A DNA stretch of 64,000 nt from Vicugna vicugna (taxonomy: Eukaryota): positions 4,820,066-4,884,065 of the forward strand of contig MU058221.1 of NCBI GenBank assembly GCA_013265495.1, written 5' to 3'. Shown piece by piece: positions 37,255 to 48,267 of the stretch. Each line of letters opens with the position of its first letter. The stretch's first letter is position 1. The position numbers were made by a program, and so were the translations under genes. The notes beneath the pieces were generated by a model. It did no database searches and was not told the DNA's origin. It saw only the letters and a list, made by a program, of their open reading frames with translations.

Positions 37255-38690
37255 TGTAGAAAGTAGAAAACAAAACTGCCCCTCTCCTCTTACCTGTCCC
37301 TTTGCCCAGAAACATTTATTCATAATAATTTGGTGTGCGTCTTCTCAGGCTTTCTTCCTAAGAAGAAACAAATACAGGTATGTGACTTTTAGAGAACAAA
37401 AATGAAGAGCCAGCACCCTACGAACGTTCGCTGAAAGGTGTTCCTCCAGAAGCATTCTAGGATGTGTGTGTGCAGGGGCCTCATTCTGCTTAGCTGGTTG
37501 CTGCACAATCTGTCACTTTAAGAAAGACCCGGAATACTTTTTACCAACCTCCCATCTGCGTTCAGCTTTCTGTGACTTTGACCACATGTGGACACATCGC
37601 TGTAGAAAACGTCTGCCAGCTGCGTTCAAAATAGTTTCCTCGTTCTGCCTTCCAGGCTGCTTTTAAAACGGACGCACTCACCTACGTTCTCCGCCGTGGA
37701 TGACACAAGATGCATTTTTTCAAACTATCCCGAACTGGTTGAAGAGATGATACCTTAATGTGATCACAGGAGGCATTTCCTTAAGCGCGAAGCAGGCTGG
37801 GCATTTTTCATACGCCCATCGGCTACCGAGGCAGCTTTGTGAAAGCTTCTGAGGTCACTAGGCTGACAATTTTCCTTTGCAGCGAACCAAATCCGAATTC
37901 TTTTGAACCCAAGACCGTGAGTTACTCGCTTAAAAATCTATGCATCCGGAACAGTGGGGCGAAGGTGGTCTTTGGGATTTTGGCCGGGGTGACTCTGGAC
38001 ACCTGAGCAAAGTCGAAAACCTGGACTAGAGCGGGGTGCGCGTTGGGACCCCACGGGAAAGAGGGGCGGAAGGCCGCTCGGCATATTCCGGGGTGCCATA
38101 CATTTCCCTAATTCTCTGCGTTACGCACCCGGCGAGGGCGACCAGGCCGGGCGGGATCCTCCGCTCGGAGAACTCCAGGCACCAAGTGGCCCCGGCGGGT
38201 CTGTGCGTCCGAATCGTTCCCGCAGGGGGCAGTGCCGCCCGCCAGCGCGCGGATACGGTGGGAGGGGGTGCGGCCGCGCTGCGGAGAGGCGCAGCCCCGG
38301 AAGGTGTGAGCGAGCGGCGTGCGAGTGTGAATGCGAGAGTGTGTGCGCGCCGGAGCGCTCCGGGTTCCGCGAGGCGCGCGGGTGTCAGCTTGCAGCCGGG
38401 GCTCCTCCCTCCGGCCCCCCTGCCCCGCGCGCCGGTCCCTCCTTCCTTCCCCGCTCGCCCCTCCCCGGCGGGCCAGGCTCTGGGACGCCCCGGCCGAGCA
38501 GGCGGTGGCGGCGAGTTGGGGAGCCCTGGGCTCCGCGCAGTCGGAGGGGCCCGAGCCGAGCCGCCCCCGCCCCGGCCCGGCCGCGCCAGCCCCGCTTCCC
38601 GCCGGGCCACGCCCTGTCAAACTTTGTTGCTGCTGCCGCCGCGGCGGCGAGCGGAGCGGGCCGGCGAGCGGGAGGGAAGGAGGGAGGGGC

Positions 38691-38753
38691 NNNNNNNNNN
38701 NNNNNNNNNNNNNNNNNNNNNNNNNNNNNNNNNNNNNNNNNNNNNNNNNNNNN
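38691..38753. other. Assembly gap (63 N) hiding the TCF7L1 start codon
   Basis: Run of N between the G-rich 5' UTR and the GGC repeat; the expected MPQL start is not visible. Confidence 0.97.
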
Positions 38754-38989
38754 GCGGCGGCGGCGGCGGCAGCGGGGGAGGCGGCGGCGGCGGCGGCGGC
38801 TCGGGCGCCGGGGCGGCCGGCGGAGGGGACGACCTCGGGGCCAACGACGAGCTGATCCCCTTCCAGGATGAGGGGGGCGAGGAGCAGGAGCCGAGCAGCG
38901 ACAGCGCCTCGGCGCAGCGGGACCTGGACGAGGTGAAGTCGTCCCTGGTCAACGAGTCGGAGAACCAGAGCAGCAGCTCGGACTCGGAG
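38754..38989 (+). CDS. TCF7L1: TCF7L1 exon 1, visible coding part (poly-Gly and beta-catenin-binding domain)
   Basis: [78 protein letters not shown], then donor GAG|gtgagg at 38990. Confidence 0.97.
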
Positions 38990-39071
38990 GTGAGGAGGCT
39001 CCCGCGGCCGATCCCCGGGGACCCCGGCCCCGCGCTCGCTCACTGCCCTCGCCTTTGTGTCTCCTCCGCAG

Positions 39072-39135
39072 GCGGAGAGGCGTCCGCAGCCCGCCCGGGA
39101 CGCTTTCCAGAAGCCGCGGGACTATTTCGCCGAAG
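39072..39135 (+). CDS. TCF7L1: TCF7L1 exon 2 (64 nt)
   Basis: Acceptor ctcctccgcAG (39070-39071); [21 protein letters not shown]; donor G|gtacgt at 39136. Confidence 0.96.
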
Positions 39136-39342
39136 GTACGTGCCGGCCCGGGCAGCCCCCACTCCCGGCCCCGCGGCGTTCGGCGCCCCAGCCCGGCCCG
39201 CCCGCGGTCCCCGTCGCCCCCGTGGCCATGCCCCTGCTCCCTGCCCCTGTCTGCCGCAGTCGTCCTGGGGCGCGTTCGGGTCCCCTGCCGCGGCGCCGTC
39301 CCGGGGGCCTCAGCCTCACCCCCGCCTTGGTCTTGCCCGCAG

Positions 39343-39470
39343 TGAGAAGGCCCCAGGACGGCGCGTTCTTTAAGGGCCCCCCTTACCCTGGGTACCCGTT
39401 TCTGATGATCCCGGACCTGAGCAGCCCGTACCTCCCCAACGGACCCCTGTCTCCCGGAGGAGCGCGCACG
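39343..39470 (+). CDS. TCF7L1: TCF7L1 exon 3 (128 nt)
   Basis: Acceptor tcttgcccgcAG (39341-39342); (V)[42 protein letters not shown]; donor ACG|gtgagt at 39471. Confidence 0.97.
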
Positions 39471-42400
39471 GTGAGTGCCCGTCCGGCCGCTCCGGGGCGG
39501 GTGGGCGGCCGGGGCCGGCGAGATGCGCCCCCGGGCTCGGCGGCGAGGTGGGGGATGGGGCCGTCCCGTGCGGATCCTGGGCAAAACTTGCTTACGGAGT
39601 TGAGCTACTCCGGCGGTCGAGCGTTAGGCTGCGCTGGGCAGTGCTTGGATGAAAGAAAGTTCCTTTACATTCTCCCCTTTTGCTGGGGAGCGGCTTTGGG
39701 GCCACTTCTGGAGTCTTCGTCGGTCTCCAAAATCCTTTGCTCGCACTAAAGGAAAACTTGGATTTGTGCCGGGTTTTTTTGGGGGGGGGAGGGAGGTGTT
39801 GCTTTCTTCCTGGAAATCGGTCAACTTTCCCTGGCAATTGGGCAATGGGGCTGGGGGAGCTGGGTTGGCGACGTTGCCCCACGACTCCAATTTCGCTGGG
39901 CGGCTGCTAGTTGGTTCCTAAGAAACCCAGTATTCGTGGCGGGTTGTTCGCACACACACCCTCGCCACCCCCATCCCTCGCGCGGGGGCCTCAACTTTTC
40001 TGTAGAGCTCGGGATTTTAAACGCGCCGAGATGATTTCGAGGGCGAATCGAGGCATTCTTCAAGTTGAGGAACTTGGCTTTTTCCCCCTTTGTTGCAGGC
40101 TTTTCTCATTTAAAGCAAGCGCTGCGACACTTTAAACCTGTTAATGGGCGCGCATTGTGTGCTGCGCGCTGGCATTTAGAGCCGTGATTAAGCAAATTGA
40201 CCGGGCCCCAGACGACGTGCAAATGAGGGCGGATTCCATCGCCCCCCTTCCCGGCTCTAAACTCCCGTCCCCCGCGTCGCGAAGGGCGCAACCCCGGGCT
40301 GGCCCGGCTTTTTTTGTCCCCTGGGTTGCCACCCCACCCCAGGACCCCCTGTCCAGGTGCTAGATCGGATGGCAGACCTTGGATGAACGCCTACCTACTA
40401 TGCGCCAGGCTCCTGCGCACTGCTGCTTGGGCGCCCCGCGCATCGGAGTAGTTCTCTGCTTCCTGCCCAGCTTCCCAGTGTCTGCCAGTTCCTGCTTGCT
40501 TCGAGGTGGGAGGTGTTTGGCTCCTTAGGAGCCGGCCCAACAAACTCAATTTATGCTCAAGCTGTCCTTAAATAATGATCATAATTAAAGTGCTGCCCGG
40601 GAAACCGGTGCTGAGTGGAGGATCCCCGCTGTCGCGGTACAGCGGTCGGTGGAGAGCGGAGGCCGCTGCTGCGGGTTCAGTGGGGGCGCTCCCCTGGCCA
40701 GCTGGGGTGTGGGAGTGAAGGTGTGACCAACCGAGAGGGGAGTAGGACCACACAGCCTTCACCATTCAGTCAGGGCCGACGCTACACCTTTGGCCCTGCT
40801 TTGGAGCATCTCAGGAAGTCCCAAATATAAGTCCTGAACAGGAGCTGGAGTTGGTCACCTGGGTGTTGCTTTTTCTCATTCATATTGAAAGAAGAAAGGT
40901 GTGAGTAGAAGTTGGGCAAACGAGTTGCAGCCACTTTGTTCAGATTTTCACAGATTCTCTTCCATGTCTACAAATGCAGCTCAGTTCTGAAAGTTTTAGT
41001 GGGGTTCCTGTGACTGTGTGTGAGACTGTTACACCATCAGAGTCCCCTTTTTCCGTTTTACCTTTAGACGCCTGGGAAGAGGGGTTTGGCATTTCTGTGA
41101 GTCAGCAGTGATCCACGTCCTGGTGCAGATAAAGTCACCAGAAATGTTCCAAATATGACCAGTTATTTCACCCAAGCTGGCTGTGCCTTTCCCCTGCCCG
41201 TTTCACATGAGGGCACTTTGATTCTTCCTCGTTGATAACAACTGCCTGTCTTCATATGCTGCTCTTCTTCCCCCTTCCCAAGAGCACAGGTGGCACAGAT
41301 TTTGTTTGTGTCAGTCCCCTCCCTCCTCCTGCCATCTTTCACCACCTTTTCTCCAATCTTATGTGTTCTTTAGCCTAAGGGCTTCCGGAACATTGATTTC
41401 TTGCTGGTACTGGGGATTCCAGATTACTAAATGCAGGCCTGCATAGGGTGTTTGCAGCCCTCCTTGAGCAAGCTGACCTTTCCCCCTCTGCATGCTTCTG
41501 ACTGTCCCTGCTCATCCCTGCAGCTGCTCGCTTCCCTGGGCCCATGTCACCATCCTCCTATTTGAGCCTCCAAGGACACTCACCCTCTCGCTGTTGATCC
41601 TTCGAACAGGACTTAGTATGTCCCGTCCCACTCTTACACTTCCATCTTATCCCCTTGGTGAACTGCCCTTGCAGAAGTCAGTTCAATACCCACATTGTTT
41701 CTGCCCCTTATGTGCCTGTCATTGTGTTTGACCTGCCTGGTTACAAAGTTCAGTGAAGTTTCCTGCGGTTAGCTCAGCTCAGTGGAACCTGCTAATCTGA
41801 CCCTTTCCTTGGGCATCAGTGACTGTTAGGAAAGCGAGTGAGGAAACACTTAAGCACTTGATTGTCTGGACTGGAGGACTGAGATGGTGCTTTTCCTCTG
41901 GATGATTATATTGATGTAATTAATGTGATTCTCACTGTAGGCAAACTATAGGTGCAGGTGACCTGGCCCTCTGTGGGGGTCCTGGCCTGCTAAAAATGAA
42001 TGCAGATAGACATGGTTGTGGGGGGAGGAACGGGAGGAAGGTGACGGAAGGCTGAGAAGGGGTGGTGCCTGGAATATATGCTCTGGTCTTTCTTTGGCAG
42101 CCGAGGTATTTTTTTTTCGTTTGACCTCTAAATTTCACAACCATAGGTCTTGCTGTTCTAAGGCCTGTAGGTGGTATAAAATTGGGTGACCTCAGTTCTC
42201 TTCTGCTAGAACACTTCCTGGAAATACCAAGCCAGAGGCAAAAGTGAGGTTTGGCTGGAGTGTTTTCAGGGTGTTAATTGACCCTAGGAATAGCACGCGG
42301 CAGGGTTGCAGCATCCTCACCCACTGGCAGAATTCCTTCTGGGACAACTGGGGGCGGCCAGTCCTGCAGTCTGGCCGTCTCCTCCCCCCACTGGAATACC

Positions 42401-43545
42401 TTTGTCCTCCACTCTGCTTTGGCTGGGAGGCTGGGAAGTGGCCTCTTCCTGAAGCTCTTCAGAGAAGAGGTCCCCTTAACCTGGGGTGTGTGCCAAGCCT
42501 CCGAGCCATGATTCATTGTCAGCTGGAGCCCTGGGGACCCTGTGGCCGGTGAGGAGAGGACTGACCACCACAAGCCATCTTTCACTCCTCCCAAGGGTCA
42601 CCCGAAATTCTGCTGTCATTCATGACCAGGCTGCGCCCGTGACCGTACCACCTTGGTGCTGTTGGCTAGAATTTTGTTAGGAAAATGTCAGTCGACACAG
42701 AAGAAAGTGGATGTTGAAAAATAGTTGGACCAATCAGAGCCAGAAAGAGAATGTTGCCTGTGGCTCAGCGAGCGAGCTGCAGGGGTGACAGAGAGGTGTT
42801 TGCTGTGGCCGCAGCGTGAGTGCTGAGGACCGTCTGGAGGAGGATGCTTCCAGGCAGTGCTGCTGAGGGAATCTGTGGTTCTGGGGTCCAGCGAGTAGAT
42901 TTGAGAGCTGTTGCTGCTGTGCAGCTCAAGCACCAAGCTAATCATATGTTTCTCAGCCCATCTTAACTCGGATTTCTGTCTGAAATTATTCTGTTCTCCA
43001 AACGTGGGCCGGTTTTTCCATCCTTCGTGTCCCACTTTCTGTGAGCATCTTGCCGGTCTTCTAGGTGCTCCTGTTTCCTTCCTGGCACGAAGGCCCGCGG
43101 CAGAAACCTTTGTACACGTGCAGAGGGGTTCCCTGTTTTTAGGGGTGGTGTGTTAAAGCCAAGTAAAGCCTTTGCTTCTGGCGGATCAGTAGAAACATGC
43201 TGCTTTTGGTAAAATTTTTTAAAGCCATTTCATCTAAATATAACTTCTGTTCCATTTTTTTCTAAATATAACTCGGGGTTTAATGAGGGCTTTTCGCATG
43301 GAACACGCGTTTGCGAGGGCCCTGCCTGCCCGGCTGAAGTTTTGGCGCTTAGACTGCTGAGGTGACAATGGGTGAAAAGCTCTGCGGAGGGACTCAAACC
43401 CTGTGAGTCCTTTTTCTGTGGGTGGGTGGATCTGGCAGGGAATACCTGCGTACTCTGTTCTAATTTTGGGAAGTTGTAGGTTGGTCCCAGTCTTCATTGA
43501 TCTCACCTCTAGGGATTCTTGATCAGAAAGCAGGCTAGTGCATTT

Positions 43546-43571
43546 ACACACACACACACACACACACACAC
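43546..43571. repeat. (AC)13 microsatellite
   Basis: Direct reading of the sequence. Confidence 0.95.
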
Positions 43572-46500
43572 CTAACCTTAAATGTAGCGTGTTCCAGCCT
43601 TTACAGTGCTGTGCAAAGTTCCTCAAAGACTTCTGGCATAAATAAGAACTTAAATGGTTAACTCACTGGAAAATCCATAATGCAAAGATCCTACTTACAT
43701 TCCACGTTAGAGTCAACTTTTTCTTGCTAAACTGGGGGAAATTCAGATTGGCATCTTCCAGATAAAATCGTAGCCCCTCGACTTCACCTGCCATTTATCG
43801 AGGACCTATCCTGAGGATGACTGAGGGGCTGTGAGGGTTAGGATGAATTAGACCCAGCTTTGCCCTGAAGGACTTAAAAATTGAGTTTGGAAGAAATAAT
43901 GTTAGTACAGACCACTGTAATAGAAGGTCCATGTTAAGTCAGTAAAGTTCAGAGCATTTTCAGAATAAAAAGAACAGAAAAATTGTCTTGGGCTGGCATG
44001 ATCAAGGAAGGCAAGTAAAGGAAATTGTTTTAAACTAGTCCCTGAAACTCATCATTCTTTCATTCAAAGTAATTCTTATTGATTATAAAATATTTGAACA
44101 ATACAAAGGTATTTAGAGTGACAGCTGGAAGTTCGTCACCCGCATCTTGATGTAGAAGCCAGCACAGGGAGAGCAAAGATGTGGAGGAGGGGAAAGTTCA
44201 GGGCTGTTTTGGGTAACGTAAGTTCTTCCATTTGCCTGGAAGGATAAGGGGCCAGACGTTGAATGCAGGTGAAGGAATCTGGTCTCCTTCAAGGGGCAGC
44301 AGAGAACCACCCAAAGTTCTGCTGGGAAGAGGTGTGAGTCATGCATGTGCTGAGAAAGGGAACAGTGACTGTGGGCAGAGGATCTGGGAGGACCTAGGTT
44401 GTTTAGGAGACTCACGGAAGTCCAGGGGTGAAGTGGAAGGGACTTAAGAGTGTCCTAATGGAGAGGAAGGGTAGGATGAGAGACTGGGTCAGTTGCTTGA
44501 TTTTGTGTGGGGAGCGATGGTACCGGAGGAAGAAAGTAGCTGATGTCCACTCACTCCTGGTGTCTGAGCCGGGGCGACCTGGGGGATGACTTCCCACAGG
44601 TGGGGCCCTGGCCTGCCATCTGTGCCTCCCTAGTGCCGGACAGATGCTCATGAACTGCTTTGGCAATAACAGCCCATGCATTTTGCCAGAGGCTCTCACT
44701 CGGAGGAACCAATAAGGCTCATTGAAGACACATTGGGTTTGAGGGGATGTTAAGGGAATAGTTGAAACTACAGCAACTGGCTGATGCCAGGGAGTGAGAG
44801 AAGAAGGGGAGAGGGCTCTCAAAGCAGAGAAGCAGGTCCCTGAGGGAGGGTGGAAAGGAACACTTGCCGTCCTGTGATGGTGCAGAAGCTGGAGGGAAGG
44901 CAAAGGGGTGGGGCGGTCCTCAGTGTCAGCTGCCACAGAGGGAGGGGACAAGTGGATTGAGGAGTCAAAACGAGCTTTGGGAATTCACTAATTAGGAAGT
45001 AATTCGTGCCCACAGAGAGCAGTATTCCAGGCAGGCAGTGATGATAAAAGGTACAGAGGCCGAGACTGCTTCAGGCTTCTCAACTGGATGTCAAGGTTCC
45101 ATCCTGATGACTGGTCCTGCGGTGTGGCCCACCCATCACTCCTCAGCCAGAGCCCACACTGGACTCCAGCACTTGCGAGCAGCGTGCTTTACGCGTTGCA
45201 CTTGCGGTCTGGAAGATGTTGAAAAGCCAGACTCTGGACAACCCATTCAAGAAGATGGGCTGTGCCAGGGACAGGGAGGGGAAGAGCTGCAGGCTCTGCA
45301 AGTCCGTTTGGGATGCTGGAGTGAGAGCTCGTTTGGAGGGGCGGGAGGGTTGGGGAGGGTGAGTGGGGGAGAAGCTCAGAGGAGGAGATGAGACTGAGAA
45401 CTTGGGGAAGACGGCAGTCTTCTCCCTCCATAGATGGAGGGTGCTCCCCAGTCGGTGTTGTTCTCTGGACTTTGCAGATGAGCCCAAGTTGAAGAGGGGG
45501 ATGTACGAAAATGCAGACACAGAGCTGCAGAAATTGAGGAGGAGTGCACTGGGCAGCTGGATGGCTTTGAGATTCTCAGTAAAACCAAGGGCAAGTTGGC
45601 TGGAGTTTTGTTGGCAGGCCCTTCCTCTGTACCCAGTTATAAAGCCCAACTTGTTGGGAACCTTTGGCTCCATGTTAAAGAATGAAATGTTTGTGCGCTG
45701 ATTGAAAGATATGACACACTTGGGAAATTTTTCCTCTTTTTATTGTCTGGAGCTGGCTGACTTTGAAGAGGAACAGAGGTGGGGATCGAAACACAACGCA
45801 TTAGCATCCAGGGGCAGATGCTGGGGCGCGAGAAGTAATTGGGGATAGGAAGGGACCGACCGACCGCTTCAAAGTTTGTCAAAAATGGCCCCACACTGGC
45901 TAATCTAATAGTGTATTTTTAGAGGAGGTTTTTATACAGCCCATGTTTTATTATCTTCCCCCAAACTGGATTGAAATGATTGCAGTTTCCAAAACCTTGG
46001 CATTTGGGAGTGAGAGAACATGAGGGGAGAGAGGGGGCTGACCTTTCCCTCTATACTGTGTGCGCTGCCCCGGGAACAGCTCTGGGGCACTGGACAGCTT
46101 CCTTCTGAGATGCTCTGAATTATCCCTCAATTAACAGATATCTTTAAGGTTCTGAAGATTTAGATTCAGAATCCTAAATCTTTCCTTTTCATTACGTGCA
46201 TAGCCTTCCGATTTTCATGGGAAAATGAACATTCAGTTTAGACTTCAGAGTTTGAAAATAAAACCATAAAAACGTCTTCCTGAACACGGCCCTTTTCAAG
46301 AGTTTTGGTGAAAGTCATAAGGGACGGTAACTCCAGGTACCTGGGGTCCTCGGGACAGGAAGTGAAGTCACACACATACTTTTAAACTGTGTGATAGCAA
46401 TTTAGAAGTCGATTTCATTCAAGAGGAGGAACAAGTGTTCACCCGACTTGCAGAAAATAAATACAAAATAACTATAAACAAAAAATTCACGAAAGAAGAA

Positions 46501-47959
46501 ACTACAAATGCTTACTAAATATGTGAAATTATGTTCAGCCTCCCAAGTAGTCAGAAATGCAACTAAAAACAAGAACCATTTTTTTGTTGGTTTTGGTCAC
46601 CAGAATAACAAAGATTTTGTCTACAACTGTTCAGGGCTGGCAAATGTGTGGTGAAGTGGGTGCTCTCAGCTGCTGTTCTTGAAGGGTGTCGATAGCCCCA
46701 CCCCCCTGGAAAGCACTTGGCCCTGGTTACTAAAACCTGAATATTTATCACAGCTTCGCATCTGCTTGGAAGTACATGCTTATAACTCCCATCTTGCTGC
46801 CGGGCAGACAGACTTGCAGAGGTCAAGTATCTTGTTCAGGGTCACGCAGCTGATAATTGACAGCACCCAGATTTGAACTTGGTTGAGTCCGAAGTCTAGG
46901 TCTTCCACCCTTGTGGCTTTCCACGCATGCCTGGTACACTGGCCCCTCCTCCTCCTCTTGGGAGGAGGGCAGCGACCTTTGTTTCCCGGTTCAGAAATCC
47001 TGATGCGAGTTACCAGTTGGGGTGAAGGGCAGGCAGATTTGTTCCTACTTGACAAATCAGACCTGGGAAGGTAGCTTCCCCAGTAAACAGTTGGATGGCT
47101 GTGGTGGAAGTTGTTCCTCCAGGGCTGTCTTGCTCCAGAGGCGTTGAATAACCCTTAGTGGGCGGCCCCAGAACTTCACCACCACGAGTTACCCTGCTTC
47201 AGAGGAAAGAGTGGCTATCTACTAACATAGAAGTGAACTTTTCTGCACTTGGGGCCTGTTTTTCCTTGTTGAAGTGGGTGAGGGTTGGAAGAATACACAA
47301 GTGTGTCTTTGGCGTGGAAGGAGGTGGGAGACGCAGCCTCGCCCACTGCCCCTGCAACTGGATTACAACATAGTTTGGCTAACAAACCAAGCTCTGCTGA
47401 ACCGAGCATGCAAATACTATTTCCTTCTCGCACATTTTATAACATATTTGATAAATTAATTGCTTTTTAAAAATTCTTTATAAGTTACAAATGCAGTTCC
47501 AATCGCCTATAACTCTTTCAGTCAATTGATGGCTACGTAAATACTAAACATTCGCACAGAGAATGTAGGAGTCCCCCTGTCACCTTTCCTATGTGTGTGT
47601 GTAAGTGTGTGAGGTTGTTTGAAATGAGGAATCAGGTAATTTGGTACTTTTTATGTTCACTTACCGAATTATCTTCCAGGTGATCTCTTTCTGAAAAGAG
47701 TCACATGGTGGTAAGAGTAATAAGAGGGGCTTCTGAGTATGGTTGATAGACGTTGAGGGGGCACTGGGGTCCTTGGTAAGCCCTCCTGGAGATCTACATA
47801 TTACAAGGCACTAATCTTGGTGGGATAAACGTCATATACATCATAAAGTGAATGGGGCCATTATTTGTAAGAATGTCTATAAAAAGTGTGTGGAAAAACG
47901 CCATAAACATGAACTAGTAACTGTGATTAAGAAATGGGTGGATCTACATTCAATATCTT

Positions 47960-48128
47960 TTTTTTTTTTTTGAAGTACAGTCAGTTACAGTGTGTCCATT
48001 TCTGGTGCGCAGCACAATGTCCCAGTCATGCATAGACAGACATATATTCGTTTTCATATTCTTTTTCATTAAAGTTTATTACAAGATATTGAGCATAGTT
48101 CCCTGTGCTATACAGAAGAAACTTTTTT
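47960..48128 (-). mobile_element. Younger camelid L1 3' tail inserted into an older L1 tail
   Basis: polyT start; reverse complement closely matches 11810-11973; TSD cattcaatatctt (47947-47959) / cattcaataactt (48129-48141). Confidence 0.85.
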
Positions 48129-48267
48129 CATTCAATAACTTGTAATTATGTATTATGAAAAAGAGTATGCATGCATTTGTGTAACTGAATCACTGTGCTG
48201 TACACCAGAAACAAACACAACATTGTAAATCAACTAGACTTCAATAAAAATAAGTAAATAAAATAAA
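48129..48267 (+). mobile_element. Older L1 3' tail (host of the nested insertion)
   Basis: ttcaataacttgtaat..tgaaaaagagtatg..aactgaatcactgtgctgtacaccagaaac..cattgtaaatcaactagacttcaataaaaa. Confidence 0.85.

Larger units (their letters stand above)
38030..40700 (+). promoter_or_regulatory. TCF7L1: CpG island covering the TCF7L1 promoter, exons 1-3 and the start of intron 3
   Basis: Very high GC and CpG density by inspection, GC boxes (ggggcgg near 38063), no interspersed repeats seen. Confidence 0.9.

Noticed and set aside
38026..39584. Long overlapping ORFs on both strands around the TCF7L1 5' end, including the 445-aa ORF
   Set aside because: Stop-codon scarcity in a CpG island plus read-through of the N gap; only the three spliced exons match TCF7L1.
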